Positions 1 through 11,175 of a stretch of 64,000 bases of DNA are shown here, one piece after another (position 1 is the first letter of the stretch; each line of letters opens with the position of its first letter). The DNA is taken from the NCBI GenBank assembly GCA_040751795.1, contig JBFMHR010000004.1, positions 96,001 to 160,000 on the forward strand, written 5' to 3'. Under the pieces are notes generated by a model, which was not told the DNA's origin, did not search any database, and was given only the letters and a program-made list of their open reading frames with translations. Source of the stretch: Thermoplasmatota archaeon (GTDB lineage: Archaea; Thermoplasmatota; Thermoplasmata; UBA10834). A program made the translations under genes and the position numbers.

Positions 1-741
1 CTCCCTCTGGCGCGCGTTCGCCCTGCCGCAGGTGAAGGTCCTCGTGATGTCCGAGACGTACCTCCTGTAGCTGGCCCCGAAGTCGAAGAGTGCGAACTGC
101 CCCCTCTTGAGCCTCTTCGCCGCAGGCTGGTAGTGCGGCTCGGCGCTCATCGCCCCGAAGGACGCGTTGGTGACGAAGGCTGGCCCGGTGGCCCCCAGTC
201 TCATCATCTTGTAGTTGAGCTCCGCCGCGGCCTCGGTCTCGGTCATGCCCTCGGACACCAGCTCCGGGATGGCCTCCCCGGCCTCGGACGCGATCCTGCA
301 GGCCTTCCTTATGGTGGCGATCTCGTCCGGCTGCTTCACCACCCTGGCGTCCTCCAGGTCGGCCGAGACGTCGACGAGCTTCGCCCTCCCCGCGGCCTTC
401 TTGACCTTGAGGTAGTTCGAGTGGGTGATCTCGCGCGAGTTGACCCCGACCCTCCGCATCCCCTTGAGCCTGCGCTCCATGAGCTTGTGCCTGTGCTCCG
501 AGCTGTTGAAGACCGCAGTGCGGGCGCCGGCCTGCCTGGCGCTAAGCTCCTCGAGCTCCGAGCTGAGCACCTCCGTCCTCCTGGGCTGGATGATGGCGAC
601 GCACCCCTCGAACAGGCCGTTCGGGATACCGGTCGCGTAGAAGAAGCTGTTGTCCAGGTTCGGGTCAGTGCCGTTCATGAGCACGACGGCGTCCACGTCC
701 GACTTCATGGACGCGAATATGTGTCTCTCCTTGGTGGCCAC
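1..741 (-). CDS. Xaa-Pro aminopeptidase (M24 family), runs off window start
   Basis: Manual translation from GTG at 741 gives VATKERHIF...NLDNSFFYATG...KQPDEIA...HYQP...LFDFGASYRRYVSDITRTF, the M24 metal-binding motif. Not in the ORF track because it has no stop in the window. Confidence 0.85.
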   Translation of the reverse strand, partial: MATKERHIFASMKSDVDAVVLMNGTDPNLDNSFFYATGIPNGLFEGCVAIIQPRRTEVLSSELEELSARQAGARTAVFNSSEHRHKLMERRLKGMRRVGVNSREITHSNYLKVKKAAGRAKLVDVSADLEDARVVKQPDEIATIRKACRIASEAGEAIPELVSEGMTETEAAAELNYKMMRLGATGPAFVTNASFGAMSAEPHYQPAAKRLKRGQFALFDFGASYRRYVSDITRTFTCGRANARQRE

Positions 742-790
742 ATGATCACTGGCCGCGAATGCGTCTCGGCGTATAAAGAGGTTGACCGGT

Positions 791-1597
791 TCAGACGCCG
801 ACCCATATGTGGCCCGTGATCTTCCTTATCGCCGATATCGCGGACAGTGCGGCCAGGTAGCTCGTCTTCGGGTTCCTCGGGGAGGGGACGTTCCTGGTCA
901 CGACGTCCAGCTCGCCGAACCTCCCCTTGGCCTTGAGGTTGTGCTCGTTCGTCTTGACCTGGGGGTCGCACACTATCCTTATCATCGTCTTCTCGAAGCC
1001 TATCCCCGCCAGGGATATGGTCGCGGCGACGTTGATGTTCTGCGGGAAGTGCTTGACCGCCTCCCTGGCGGTGCCGTAGAACATCTCGGTCCTGACCCTG
1101 ATGTCGGAGGCCACGATGCCCTTCGACTCGAGGTACGGGCTGGGCCCGAACGCCGACGGGGGCTTGGTGGTGGTCAGCGTCACCTCGTCCATCCCCTCGA
1201 TGCTGGCCGCGGAGAGGGCGTCCACGCCGCCTATCGCCCCGCTCGGCAGGTAGACCCTGGCGCCCTTCCTCTTCGCCAGCCTGAATGCGTCGCTCTGGAA
1301 CTTCTCGTCCTGGAACACGCCCACGCTCATTATGAGGGTGTCGACGCCCGCCGAGAGGGCCAGGGGCGCGTAGTACCTGGCGGCGTCCTGGCTGGCGGCC
1401 TCGACGACGAGCCTTATCTCGGGGAGCACGGGCACGATGTCGGGGACGTACCGGACCTTCTTCGTCTTCTCCTGGAGCCTCGTGGCGCACTCCTGGGACC
1501 GGTCCGTGAGGTAGGTCGTGTCTATGTCCGGCATGTCCTCGACCGCGCGGGCTATCGTCGTGCCTATCGCCCCGCAGCCGATGACGCAGATCTTCAC
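791..1597 (-). CDS. nadX: L-aspartate dehydrogenase
   Basis: N-terminal GxGxxG (IGCGAIG), plus SGAIGGVD, FPQNINVAAT and NPKTSYLAALS motifs typical of NadX. Confidence 0.9.
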   Translation of the reverse strand: MKICVIGCGAIGTTIARAVEDMPDIDTTYLTDRSQECATRLQEKTKKVRYVPDIVPVLPEIRLVVEAASQDAARYYAPLALSAGVDTLIMSVGVFQDEKFQSDAFRLAKRKGARVYLPSGAIGGVDALSAASIEGMDEVTLTTTKPPSAFGPSPYLESKGIVASDIRVRTEMFYGTAREAVKHFPQNINVAATISLAGIGFEKTMIRIVCDPQVKTNEHNLKAKGRFGELDVVTRNVPSPRNPKTSYLAALSAISAIRKITGHIWVGV

Positions 1598-1726
1598 GCC
1601 TGGGCCACAGACGCCTACGATATAAAAGCTTTCACGACCGTCAGGTGAACGCGTGGCGGAGCGGGGCGGACCGGGCCTGATTCCACCATCATGTTTTATA
1701 GCGTCCGAAGTGCTGACACAGGCAGG

Positions 1727-3124
1727 ATGAGCGAACTACTGGCCCCTCTCCTCAAGGGCGTCCGTTCCAGCGCAGCCCTCGGCCTCGACTACATCGAGCT
1801 GAGGGCCGACGACGTCGCACAGACGTCGGTCGAGCTCCGCGAGTCCTCGGTCGAGAGCGTCACGCGGAAGCTGGAGCGCGGCCATTCCGCGAGGGTCCTG
1901 AGGGCGGGGAGGTGGGGGTTCGCATCCTCCGACGGCATGAAGGACGTCGCCTCGACGGTCGCCGAGGCGTCGAAGGCGGCAGCTACCCTGGCCAAGGGCG
2001 GCCCCGCGGACACGAGCCTCTGCGAGGTCAAGCCGGTCAAGCGGGAGGTGCGGCCTCCCGCGAAGGTCCCTCTCGCCGAGGTGGGGCTGGACGAGAAGGT
2101 CTCGCACCTCACCTCCATCTGCAGGGCCGTGGTGGCGGCCGACGCGCGCATGACGGGCGCGAAGGCGAGCTACTCCGACGTCACCGGGGAGAGGGTCCTG
2201 GTCACGAGCGAGGGCACCGAGGTCGTCCACCACATCTCGCACGCGTACCTGATGGCCCACGCCTCGGGCAACGCCTCGAACAGGATGGTGTCCGTGAGGG
2301 ACGAGATGGGCACGGTCTCCGCAGGGTGGGAGCACTTCACGCGGGCCGAGCCCGCCGAGGCAGTGGCGGAGCGCCTCGTGAGGAAGGCGCGGCTGCAGAT
2401 GGACGGCGTCCCGTGCAAGAGGGGCACGCACCCATGCGTCATATCGCCCAGGGTGGCGGGGATGCTGGCCCACGAGGCCCTCGGGCACCTCTCCGAGGCG
2501 GACCTCTTCGCGGCCGGCGCCTTCAACGACTTCGTCGGGAGGCGGGTCGCGCCCCGATCGGTCACCATGGTCGACTCACCCATGATGGAAGACGGGTTCG
2601 GGAACGTGGCCGTGGACGACGAGGGGGTCGTCCCGAAGCCGGTCACCCTGATCGACGAGGGGATGCTCGGCTCCCAGATGACCAACCGGGAATGGTCGGC
2701 GCGCCTGGGCGTCCCCCCGACGGGGAACGCGCGCGCCGAGAACTACAGGGTCCCGCCCATCATCCGCATGAGGAACACCTACTTCGAGCGCGGCGACATG
2801 ACCCTCGAGGAGCTGCTGGAGGGGATCGGCTCGGGATACTACTGCGTGGACGTCCGGGGCGGCCAGGCCGAGTCCAACTCGAGCTTCCAGGTCAGCATCC
2901 AGGAGTGCTACGAGGTCGTGAGGGGCGAGCTCGGGAGGCCGGTCAGGAGCCTGGCCATCAGCGGCCTCGCCACCAAGGCCCTCGGCATGATCGACGGGCT
3001 CGGGAAGGACTTCGGGTCCGAGTCCAGCTACTGCGGCAAGCTCATGCAGTCGATGCCGACCAGCGACGGGGGCCCCCACATCAGCATCAGGAGGGGCGGC
3101 GTCGTCTTCGGAGGTGCCGATTGA
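1727..3124 (+). CDS. tldD: TldD family metalloprotease
   Basis: HEALGHLSEAD, DDEG, TGNARA..Y...P..RMRNTY and C-terminal CGK motifs. Confidence 0.9.
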   Translation: MSELLAPLLKGVRSSAALGLDYIELRADDVAQTSVELRESSVESVTRKLERGHSARVLRAGRWGFASSDGMKDVASTVAEASKAAATLAKGGPADTSLCEVKPVKREVRPPAKVPLAEVGLDEKVSHLTSICRAVVAADARMTGAKASYSDVTGERVLVTSEGTEVVHHISHAYLMAHASGNASNRMVSVRDEMGTVSAGWEHFTRAEPAEAVAERLVRKARLQMDGVPCKRGTHPCVISPRVAGMLAHEALGHLSEADLFAAGAFNDFVGRRVAPRSVTMVDSPMMEDGFGNVAVDDEGVVPKPVTLIDEGMLGSQMTNREWSARLGVPPTGNARAENYRVPPIIRMRNTYFERGDMTLEELLEGIGSGYYCVDVRGGQAESNSSFQVSIQECYEVVRGELGRPVRSLAISGLATKALGMIDGLGKDFGSESSYCGKLMQSMPTSDGGPHISIRRGGVVFGGAD

Positions 3125-4506
3125 TGCCCGCCGGGAAGCGCGACCTCCCGTCGGTGACGGACGCCCTCGAGAGGGTGGCCGCGACGGCGAAGAGGATGCG
3201 GCTGGCCGAGTTCGACGCCTTCGCCGTGTCGAAGGCCTCCAGGAGCGTCACCATAGAGAGGGGAGGCGTCTCCGGGGCGGACTCCAGGACCGCGACGGCC
3301 CTCCACGTCCGGGTATGCATCGACGGCATGGTCGGCGGCGCCTTCTGCAACAGCTTCGAGGGGGGCGATGTGTCGAGGTGCTTGGCGGAGGCGGCGGGGA
3401 TCGCGAGGCTGATGGCGCCGGACCGGAGATGGAGCGGCTTCCCTGCCGGCCCGGACAGCTACAGGTCCGTGCCTGGCCTCTGCGACAGGTCCGTGGCCTC
3501 CACGGACGTCGCCACCCTGGGGATCATGGCCGAGGAGATGATCGACGGCGCGATGTCCGTGTCTAAGAAGGTCGCCGTGCCGTACGGCGCGGTCGAGGCC
3601 ATCGAGAGGTCCGTCGGGGTCGCCAACTCATCTGGCGTGGACGTCGTCATGAAGGAGACCCAGCTCCAGGCGGTGATATGCTGCGTCGCAGGGTCCGGCG
3701 TGTCCATATCCCCGGACTGCGAGGAGTCGGGGATGTCGCGCGGGTGCGACCTCCGGACGGACAGGATCGGGGAGCGGGCCGGATGGATCGCTGACAGGAG
3801 CACGCACCTGGTCAAGGCGTCGACCGAGGAGTGCGAGGTCGTCTTCTCCCCGATGTCCCTGGGAGCCTCAGACAGCGGCCTCCTCACGGTCGCCCTCAAC
3901 AAGGCCTTCTCGGGCCAGAGCGTCATGCAGAGGACCTCGTTCCTCATGGACAGGGTGGGCGAGCAGGTGTGGTCCGACAGGGTCACCATGAGCGACAACC
4001 CCCTCCTGTCTGGCAGGTGCGGGTCGAGGCCGTTCGACGACGAGGGCCTGCCGACCTCCAAGACGCAGATGGTCAGGAAGGGCGTGCTCAGGGAGTTCCT
4101 CTGGGACAACTACTTCGGCTCGCTCTCGGGCGAGGGCTCGACCGGCAACGCCGTCAGGGACCTGGCCTCAGGGTCGGTCGGAGTCGCGCCGCTCTGCCTC
4201 CAGCTGACGCCTGGACGAGGCAACATGCACTCCCTCATCGAGGAGGTCGGCCACGGCTACCTGGTCTGGGGTGGCCAGGGGTCCCACACCAGCAACCCCG
4301 AGACAGGGGAGTTCTCGTTCGTCGCGAGCCCGGGCCTCCTCATCGAGGACGGGGAGGTCGTCGGCGGCGTGCGCGGGGCCATGATCTCCGGCAACATATC
4401 CGCCTTCATGCAGAACGTCGAGTTGGTCGGCGGGGACGTGGTGGATTTCGGGAACTCGCTTATGCCGAGCGTCCTGTTCAGGGACGTCAAGGTGACCACG
4501 GGCTGA
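3124..4506 (+). CDS. TldE/PmbA family protein
   Basis: Overlaps the tldD stop (TGATG). Has FDDEG, STGNA and TGEFS motifs and lacks HExxH. Confidence 0.85.
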   Translation: MPAGKRDLPSVTDALERVAATAKRMRLAEFDAFAVSKASRSVTIERGGVSGADSRTATALHVRVCIDGMVGGAFCNSFEGGDVSRCLAEAAGIARLMAPDRRWSGFPAGPDSYRSVPGLCDRSVASTDVATLGIMAEEMIDGAMSVSKKVAVPYGAVEAIERSVGVANSSGVDVVMKETQLQAVICCVAGSGVSISPDCEESGMSRGCDLRTDRIGERAGWIADRSTHLVKASTEECEVVFSPMSLGASDSGLLTVALNKAFSGQSVMQRTSFLMDRVGEQVWSDRVTMSDNPLLSGRCGSRPFDDEGLPTSKTQMVRKGVLREFLWDNYFGSLSGEGSTGNAVRDLASGSVGVAPLCLQLTPGRGNMHSLIEEVGHGYLVWGGQGSHTSNPETGEFSFVASPGLLIEDGEVVGGVRGAMISGNISAFMQNVELVGGDVVDFGNSLMPSVLFRDVKVTTG

Positions 4507-5204
4507 TGACGATGCCGCGGGACATTCCCAGGGCGGCGGCGAGGAGGAAGGCCGCCAGGATCGACAGGGCGCTCACCGAGGAGTACGGCGAGAAGTCGGC
4601 CGGCTCGGACGAGGATCCCGTCGACACGCTCGTCGAGACCATTCTCTCGCAGAACACCACGGACATCAACTCCCACAGGTCCTTCCTGGCGCTGAAGAAG
4701 GCGTACCGGGACTGGCACGACATGCTCGGCGAGGACCAGGCGATCGTATCGGGGATCATCCGCTCCGGGGGCCTGCCCGACATCAAGGCCAGGAGGATAC
4801 TCGACGCGCTGGAGTTCATCCACCGCGAGCGCGGGAGGATCGAGCTGGACTTCCTGAGGGACATGCCCCCGGCGGAGGCCGACCGGTGGCTGGCGCAGAT
4901 GAAGGGCGTCGGCCCGAAGACCCGCTCGATAGTCCTGCTCTTCTCCCTGGGGATGGCCGCGTTCCCGGTGGACACCCACATCCACAGGGTGACCCGGCGC
5001 CTCGGGCTGATCGGCCCCAAGGTCACAAGGGAGCAGGCCCAGGCGGTGCTCGGGGCCATCGTCCCGGAGAGCGAGTACTACAACTTCCACATCAACCTCA
5101 TAGAGCACGGAAGGGCCGTGTGCCGGGCCCGCAGGCCAGCTTGCGAGGCGTGCTTGGTCGCAGGCATGTGCGACCACTTCTCCGCCGCGAAGGCACAGCC
5201 TTGA
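4506..5204 (+). CDS. nth: Endonuclease III (HhH-GPD glycosylase)
   Basis: ILSQNT, GVGPKT, FPVDTHIHRV and the C-x6-C-x2-C-x5-C Fe-S motif. Confidence 0.88.
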   Translation: MTMPRDIPRAAARRKAARIDRALTEEYGEKSAGSDEDPVDTLVETILSQNTTDINSHRSFLALKKAYRDWHDMLGEDQAIVSGIIRSGGLPDIKARRILDALEFIHRERGRIELDFLRDMPPAEADRWLAQMKGVGPKTRSIVLLFSLGMAAFPVDTHIHRVTRRLGLIGPKVTREQAQAVLGAIVPESEYYNFHINLIEHGRAVCRARRPACEACLVAGMCDHFSAAKAQP

Positions 5205-5232
5205 TATAGGCTCGAACCGCCTCCCTTGGCTC

Positions 5233-5637
5233 ATGAGGTACAGGCTGCTGGAGCACACGGCCGACGCGATGGTCGAGGCCCACGGCGAGAGCCTCGGCGA
5301 GAGGTTCGCCAACGCGGCCTACGCGATGTTCGACCAGATGACCGACGCCTCCAGGATCTCCCCGACGGGCGAGGTCAGGGTCGAGCTCAAGGCGGAGGCG
5401 CGCGAGCAGCTGCTGGTCGACTTCCTCCAGGAGCTCCTGTTCCTCCACGACACCGAGAACCTCGTGTTCGGCGAGTTCGACGTCGAGACCGACGGCACCA
5501 GCCTCACGGCCCGCGCCCGAGGGGAGGCGTTCGACGGGTCGAGGCACCCGAAGAGGTCCGTGGTGAAGGGAGTGACGTACCACGGGCTTTCCTTCGACGA
5601 CGCGAGGAAGACCATCACAGTGCTGTTCGATGTCTGA
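5233..5637 (+). CDS. Archease
   Basis: YRLLEHTAD N-terminus, VKGVTYH and C-terminal FDV. Confidence 0.92.
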   Translation: MRYRLLEHTADAMVEAHGESLGERFANAAYAMFDQMTDASRISPTGEVRVELKAEAREQLLVDFLQELLFLHDTENLVFGEFDVETDGTSLTARARGEAFDGSRHPKRSVVKGVTYHGLSFDDARKTITVLFDV

Positions 5638-5646
5638 GGCGCGCAG

Positions 5647-6606
5647 ATGAAGGCGTCGGCGGTGGCCCACCCCATACAGGGCCTGATCAAGTACCACGGC
5701 CTCAGGGACGAGGTCCTGAGGCTGCCCTATCACGACTCCATCTCCGTCGCCACATCGCCGACCGCCTCGCACACCACCATCGAGTTCGGGGACTTCGGGA
5801 GTGACAGCGCCACCCTGGACTCTCGCGCGCTCGAGGGCAGGGAGCTCGAGAGGGTCGTGTCCGTGGTTGACGAGGTCAGGCGCAGGGCGGGCTCGGAGGC
5901 GAGGTTCCGCATGGCGTCGACCAACAACTTCCCGTCGAACGTGGGCCTGGGCGCCTCCGCGTCGGGGTTCGCCGCGCTCGCGCTGGCTGGCAGCGAGGCC
6001 CTCGGCCTGTGCCTCACGCTGGAGCAGGTCTCCGTAATAGCCAGGAGGGGGGCCGGCTCCGCGACTCGCTCCGTCACCGGCGCCTTCTCCCGCTGGAAGG
6101 CAGGCCACGACGACGAGGAGTCGTACTCCTACCAGATCGCCTCGGAGGAGTTCGAGATGGGGATAGTGGTGGCGCTCGTGCCCGCGTTCAAGTACACCGA
6201 GAGCGCCCACCGGGCCGTGCTGGGGTCCCCGTTCTTCCACTCGCGCCTCGCGTACATCCACGGGGCGCTGGCGGAGATGGAGAGCGCGATAAGGAAGAGG
6301 GACATCGACCGGGTCGGGATGCTGGCCGAGCGCGACTCGCTCATACTCCACGGGATAACAATGACGGGGCTCGACGAGATGATCCTCTGGCGGCCCGAGA
6401 CGGTGAAGGTCATCCTCGAGGTCAGGAGGATGCGCGAGGAGGGCATCCCCGCGTACTTCTCCATAGACACCGGGGCGACCGTCTACGTCAACACGCACCC
6501 GTCGCGGACGGACGAGGTCGAGGAGAGGATCAAGGGGCTGGGCGTCGAGACGCTCCGTTGCGGCGTCGGCGGGTGCGCCACCGTCGTCAGGGAGCACCTC
6601 TTCTAG
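5647..6606 (+). CDS. mvaD: (Di)phosphomevalonate decarboxylase, GHMP family; haloarchaeal-like phosphomevalonate decarboxylase
   Basis: AHPIQGLIKYHG..LPYHDSISV, GLGASASGFAAL, ARRGAGSATRS and YFSIDTG motifs. Confidence 0.85.
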   Translation: MKASAVAHPIQGLIKYHGLRDEVLRLPYHDSISVATSPTASHTTIEFGDFGSDSATLDSRALEGRELERVVSVVDEVRRRAGSEARFRMASTNNFPSNVGLGASASGFAALALAGSEALGLCLTLEQVSVIARRGAGSATRSVTGAFSRWKAGHDDEESYSYQIASEEFEMGIVVALVPAFKYTESAHRAVLGSPFFHSRLAYIHGALAEMESAIRKRDIDRVGMLAERDSLILHGITMTGLDEMILWRPETVKVILEVRRMREEGIPAYFSIDTGATVYVNTHPSRTDEVEERIKGLGVETLRCGVGGCATVVREHLF

Positions 6607-7350
6607 TCACTTGCCGTCCGCGCCCTGGAGGTCGATAGCCTCTCCGAGGGAGAGTTCCCCGAGGGCCACCCTGGCCGCGAGGTCCTTCGAGACGGTCAGC
6701 CGCCCGTTGCTCTCGAGCCTGCTGAGCCTCTGGATGTTGCGCAGCTCTCCGTCGCACGGCTGGACCGGCTGCTTCTTGACGGGCTTGTACCCGGGCGTCA
6801 TCGCTATCTCCACGGCTGCGTCCTCGTCGGGCGTCTCCGATCTGGTCGTGGTGTTGTGCTCGTCGACTATCTCGAGCCTCCGCCCGTCGTCCCAAAGCCT
6901 GTTGAATATCCTGTTCCGGTTGGTCCTGTCCCCGTTGCCGATCCTGACCAGGAGGTTCGTGCAGGGGTAGTCCCTGGCCATCCGGTCCACGATGTCGCCC
7001 ACGCCCTCCGGCGAAGGCGCGACGGCCCTGGTGAGCACGACCCCGTCCCCCACGGCGGCGACCCCTGGCCTGTGGCCCGGGTCGACCCCTATGCACAGGC
7101 TCTTCACCGCGGCGCTCCCGGCGAGCTCCTTGACCGCCCTGGTGACGGCTGCGTCCGGGTCCGCGTCGGAAACGACGCGGTCGAAGGGCACCATCGGCGC
7201 CTCCGCGTCCGTGGTGATCACGACCCCCACGTGCGCGGGGACCGCCTCCCCGAACTCCAGCGAGACGAACCCGAGTCCCCGCTCCCTGAGGACCTCGAGC
7301 GTCTCGAAATAGGTCCTCGAGTCCTCGGTCAGGAGCCCTATGCGTTTCAT
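6607..7350 (-). CDS. Conserved hypothetical protein with RNase H-like (IGVDPG) motif
   Basis: IGVDPG..G, RIGNG and VDE..T motifs; host-like codon usage; directly downstream of dnaJ. Confidence 0.6.
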   Translation of the reverse strand: MKRIGLLTEDSRTYFETLEVLRERGLGFVSLEFGEAVPAHVGVVITTDAEAPMVPFDRVVSDADPDAAVTRAVKELAGSAAVKSLCIGVDPGHRPGVAAVGDGVVLTRAVAPSPEGVGDIVDRMARDYPCTNLLVRIGNGDRTNRNRIFNRLWDDGRRLEIVDEHNTTTRSETPDEDAAVEIAMTPGYKPVKKQPVQPCDGELRNIQRLSRLESNGRLTVSKDLAARVALGELSLGEAIDLQGADGK

Positions 7351-7393
7351 CCAGTGGTGATTTGGGGGCGTCGGGATAAATATGTTCCGCTGC

Positions 7394-8551
7394 TCAGCCC
7401 TTCCCGAACCTGCTGAACACGGACTTCCTCTTGGCGCCGCTGCCGTAGTCGCCCAGGGACTCCCCCAGCTTCTTCAGCATCGCCCTCTGCTCCGAAGTGA
7501 GCTTCGTGGGCGTGACCACCGTGACCTTGACGAACTGGTCCCCGTTCCCGTAGCCCCTGAGGTCGGGCATCCCCTTCCCCTTGAGCCTGAGCACCGTGCC
7601 GGTCTGGGTCCCGGGCGGCACTGTCACCCTGGCGGTCCCGCCCAGCGTGGGCACGTCCACCTCCGCCCCGAGGGCCGCCTGCGCGAAGGTCACGGGCGCC
7701 TCCACCCAGAGGTCCTTGCCGTCCCGGTCGAATACCGGGTGGTCCTCGATGTGCACGACGATGTAGAGGTCCCCAGGAGGCCCTCCGTTCGGCCCGGCCT
7801 CCCCGGCGCCCCTTATCCTGAGCCTCATCCCCTCCTCGGCCCCCTTGGGCACGGAGACCTTGAGGGTCGAGGTGGTCTGGACGGACCCGGCCCCGCCGCA
7901 GTCGGCGCAGGGCTTGGTCACCTGCCTCCCCTGCCCCCTGCAGGTCGGGCATGCTGATATCGTGACGAACTGGGTGTAGCCGCGCTTCTGCCCCCTCTGG
8001 ACCTGGCCCGTGCCCTTGCACGTGGCGCAGGTCTTGATGTCGGCCTGCTTCGCCCCGAGGCCCCCGCAGGTCTTGCAGGCGACGCTGTGCGGAACGCGGA
8101 TGTCCCTCTCGATCCCGGCGGCCGCGTCCTCGAGGCCGACCTCGATGTCGTACCGGAGGGACCTCCCCTCCTGGGGGCCCGTCCTCCTGGCGCCGCCCCC
8201 GAAGAACTGCTCGAATATGCTCCCGCCGAAGCCGCCGCCCTCGGACCCGCCGAAGATGTCGGATATGTCGCCGAAGTGGGTGAAGTCGGACCAGTCGAAC
8301 CCGCCGCTCCTGAAGGTGCTCTGGACGCCCTCGTGGCCGAACTGGTCGTAGCGGGCCTTCTTCTCCTCGTCGGCGAGCACCTCGTAGGCCTCCGAGAGCT
8401 CCTTGAACTTCTCCTCGGACTCCTTGGCCTTGTCCTTGTTCATGTCCGGGTGGTACTTCATGGCGAGCTTGCGGTAGGCCTTCTTGATGTCGTCCATCGA
8501 CGCAGTCCTCGGGACGCCCAGTATCTCGTAGTAGTCTCTCTTAGCGGCCAT
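7394..8551 (-). CDS. dnaJ: Chaperone DnaJ
   Basis: J domain with HPD, G/F-rich region and four CxxCxGxG repeats. Confidence 0.97.
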   Translation of the reverse strand: MAAKRDYYEILGVPRTASMDDIKKAYRKLAMKYHPDMNKDKAKESEEKFKELSEAYEVLADEEKKARYDQFGHEGVQSTFRSGGFDWSDFTHFGDISDIFGGSEGGGFGGSIFEQFFGGGARRTGPQEGRSLRYDIEVGLEDAAAGIERDIRVPHSVACKTCGGLGAKQADIKTCATCKGTGQVQRGQKRGYTQFVTISACPTCRGQGRQVTKPCADCGGAGSVQTTSTLKVSVPKGAEEGMRLRIRGAGEAGPNGGPPGDLYIVVHIEDHPVFDRDGKDLWVEAPVTFAQAALGAEVDVPTLGGTARVTVPPGTQTGTVLRLKGKGMPDLRGYGNGDQFVKVTVVTPTKLTSEQRAMLKKLGESLGDYGSGAKRKSVFSRFGKG

Positions 8552-8628
8552 CTGAAGTCTCCCGGTGACACGTGACGCGTGTCAGGCAAAGGTAATGGGT
8601 AAAGGGTGAAAGAGGTTTCGGAGGGTTC

Positions 8629-10509
8629 TCACTTCTTCTCGTCGTCGACGATTTTGTACTCGGCGTCCACGAAGCCGCCGTCCCCCTCGGGGGGCGTCTG
8701 CCCCTCGCCGGGCGGCGGCGCCTGCTGGGACTGCTGGGCCTGTTGCTGCTGGGCGGCCTCGTAGACCCTCTTGCCGACCTCGAGCAGGGCCTTCTCGAGC
8801 TCGTCGAGCTTCTGCTTGATCAGCGCGGGGTCGTCGGAGGGCACCGCGGCCTTCAGCTCCTCGGCCAGCTTCGTCAGCCTCTCCTTCAGGTCAGGGGCGA
8901 TCTTGTCCCCCATCTCCTCGATGATGTGGCCGACCTCGTAGGCCCTTTGCTCGGCGCGGTTCTTGAGCTCCGCCTTCTCCTTCCTCTTCTTGTCCTCGTC
9001 GGCGAACTTCTCGGCGTCCTTCACCATCCGTTCGACGTCGTCCTTGCCGAGCTTCGTCGTCGCGGTGATGGTTATCTTCTGCTCCTTGCCCGTGCCGAGG
9101 TCCTTCGCCTTGACGTCGATTATGCCGTTTGCGTCGATGTCGAAGGTGACCTCGACCTGGGGGATCCCCCTCGGGGCTGGCGGGATGCCGATGAGGTGGA
9201 ACCTGCCGAGGGTCACGTTGTCCGAGGCCATGGGCCTCTCGCCCTGGAGGACGTGTATCTCCACGCTGGTCTGGCCGTCCGCGGCGGTCGTGAATGTCTC
9301 GCTCTTCCGTGTCGGGATGGTGGTGTTCCTCTCTATGAGCTTGTGGAACACGCTGCCCATGGTCTCGACTCCTAGTGACAGCGGCGTCACGTCCAGCAGC
9401 AGTATGTCCTTGACCGTGCCCTCTATTACGCCCCCCTGGATGGCCGCGCCCATGGCGACGCACTCCATCGGGTCGACGCCGCGAACGATCTTCGGGCCCA
9501 CTATGCCCTCGACGAACCGCTGGACGATCGGCATCCGCGTCGGCCCTCCGACGAGGATGACCTTGTCGATGTTATCCGTGGACAGCTTGCCGTCCTGGAT
9601 GGCCTGCATCATCGGCCCCCTGCACCGCTCCACCACCGGCTTGATGAGCTCTTCGAGGTTCGCCCTCGTCAGCTTCATGGCGAGGTGCCGCGGTCCGGCC
9701 GAGTCGGCGCTCAGGTACGGGAGGTTGATCTCGGTCTCAAGGGTCGAGGAGAGCTCTATCTTGGCCTTCTCGACCGCCTCGCGGACCCTCTGGACGGCCA
9801 TCTTGTCCTTGGATATGTCTATGCCCGTGTCGGCCTTGAACTCCTTCGAGACGTGCTCCAGGAGCACGTTGTCCATGTCTGTCCCGCCCAGCTGCGTGTC
9901 GCCGCTGGTGGATATGACCTCGAAGACGCCCTGGCCGAACTCCATGATGGTCACGTCGAGCGTGCCGCCGCCGAGGTCGAAGACGAGTACCTTGTGCTCG
10001 CTCTCGGACTTGTCCAGGCCGTAGGCGAGGGCGGCCGCCGTCGGCTCGTTGATGATCCTGACGACCTCGAGCCCGGCGATGGTGCCCGCGTCCTTGGTCG
10101 CCTGCCTCTGGTTGTCGTTGAAGTAGGCGGGCACCGTGATGACCGCCTTCTCGACCTTCGTGCCCAGATAGGCTTCGGCATCCCTCTTTATCTTCTGGAG
10201 GATGAACGCGGAGACCTGCTGCGGCGTGTATTCCTTGCCGTGGATCCTGACCTTGTAGTCCGAGCCCATCTTCCTCTTGATTGCCATCACGGTCCCTTCC
10301 GGGTTCGAGACCGCCTGGCGTCTGGCAGGCTCCCCGACGAGCATCTGCCCGTCCTTCGTGAACGCGACGTACGATGGGAATGCCTTGCCTCCCAGGCTCG
10401 TGCCCTCAGCGCTCGGTATTATCGTGGGCCTGCCGCCCTCGACGACCGCGGCCGCCGAGTTGCTCGTGCCGAGGTCGATTCCTATCACTTTTCCCTTCGA
10501 TTCTGCCAT
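8629..10509 (-). CDS. dnaK: Chaperone DnaK (Hsp70)
   Basis: [26 protein letters not shown] and [10 protein letters not shown] motifs. Confidence 0.98.
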   Translation of the reverse strand: MAESKGKVIGIDLGTSNSAAAVVEGGRPTIIPSAEGTSLGGKAFPSYVAFTKDGQMLVGEPARRQAVSNPEGTVMAIKRKMGSDYKVRIHGKEYTPQQVSAFILQKIKRDAEAYLGTKVEKAVITVPAYFNDNQRQATKDAGTIAGLEVVRIINEPTAAALAYGLDKSESEHKVLVFDLGGGTLDVTIMEFGQGVFEVISTSGDTQLGGTDMDNVLLEHVSKEFKADTGIDISKDKMAVQRVREAVEKAKIELSSTLETEINLPYLSADSAGPRHLAMKLTRANLEELIKPVVERCRGPMMQAIQDGKLSTDNIDKVILVGGPTRMPIVQRFVEGIVGPKIVRGVDPMECVAMGAAIQGGVIEGTVKDILLLDVTPLSLGVETMGSVFHKLIERNTTIPTRKSETFTTAADGQTSVEIHVLQGERPMASDNVTLGRFHLIGIPPAPRGIPQVEVTFDIDANGIIDVKAKDLGTGKEQKITITATTKLGKDDVERMVKDAEKFADEDKKRKEKAELKNRAEQRAYEVGHIIEEMGDKIAPDLKERLTKLAEELKAAVPSDDPALIKQKLDELEKALLEVGKRVYEAAQQQQAQQSQQAPPPGEGQTPPEGDGGFVDAEYKIVDDEKK

Positions 10510-10512
10510 TCT

Positions 10513-11088
10513 TCACTCACCTCTGTCGTCTGGTTGTGACTCCTGTGTATCGTGAACCTCTTCGGCCTCCCTCCTCTTGGAGACCTTCACCTTCGCCGTG
10601 CGTATGACCTTCGGGCCGATCGCGTACCCCTTCTGGTACACCTCCAGTATCGCCCCGTCCTCACCGCCGTCGCGCTCCTCCCGCATCATGGCCTCGTGTT
10701 CGAAGGGATCGAACCTCCCTTCGGTCCTGACCTCCCTGAGTCCCTGCCTGCGAAGGGCCTGGATGAGCTGCCGGTGTATGCCCTGGAGCCCCTTCAGCAG
10801 CGGTTCGGGATACCCGTTCTTCCCCGCGTCCTCTAGGGCCTTGTCGAATGTGTCCACGACCGCGAGGAGGTCCCGCACGACGTCCTCCGCGCCGGCTCTG
10901 GTCCGTTCCGCCCCCTCCTTCGCGGCGCGTTTCTTGTAGTTCTCGAACTCCGCCTGGAGGCGCTTGAGGTCGTCCGTGAGCTCCTCTATCCTCCTGTCCC
11001 TCTCCGCGAACGGGTCCGGGGGAGGGACCTCCTTCGCATCCTGTTCCTTCTCGGGCGTCAAGGCCTCGCCCGCGTCCTCGTCAGCCAT
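10513..11088 (-). CDS. grpE: Nucleotide exchange factor GrpE
   Basis: RLQAEFENYKKR, FDPFEHEA and QKGY....VIRTAKV motifs. Confidence 0.95.
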   Translation of the reverse strand: MADEDAGEALTPEKEQDAKEVPPPDPFAERDRRIEELTDDLKRLQAEFENYKKRAAKEGAERTRAGAEDVVRDLLAVVDTFDKALEDAGKNGYPEPLLKGLQGIHRQLIQALRRQGLREVRTEGRFDPFEHEAMMREERDGGEDGAILEVYQKGYAIGPKVIRTAKVKVSKRREAEEVHDTQESQPDDRGE

Positions 11089-11175
11089 GGCTCGCAGCCT
11101 CCAGCGGGGACGCGGGCGCGTTGAGCCCGCGTCTCGAACTTGAGGGGTTTGGGTTAAGGGGTTTGGGGATGGACC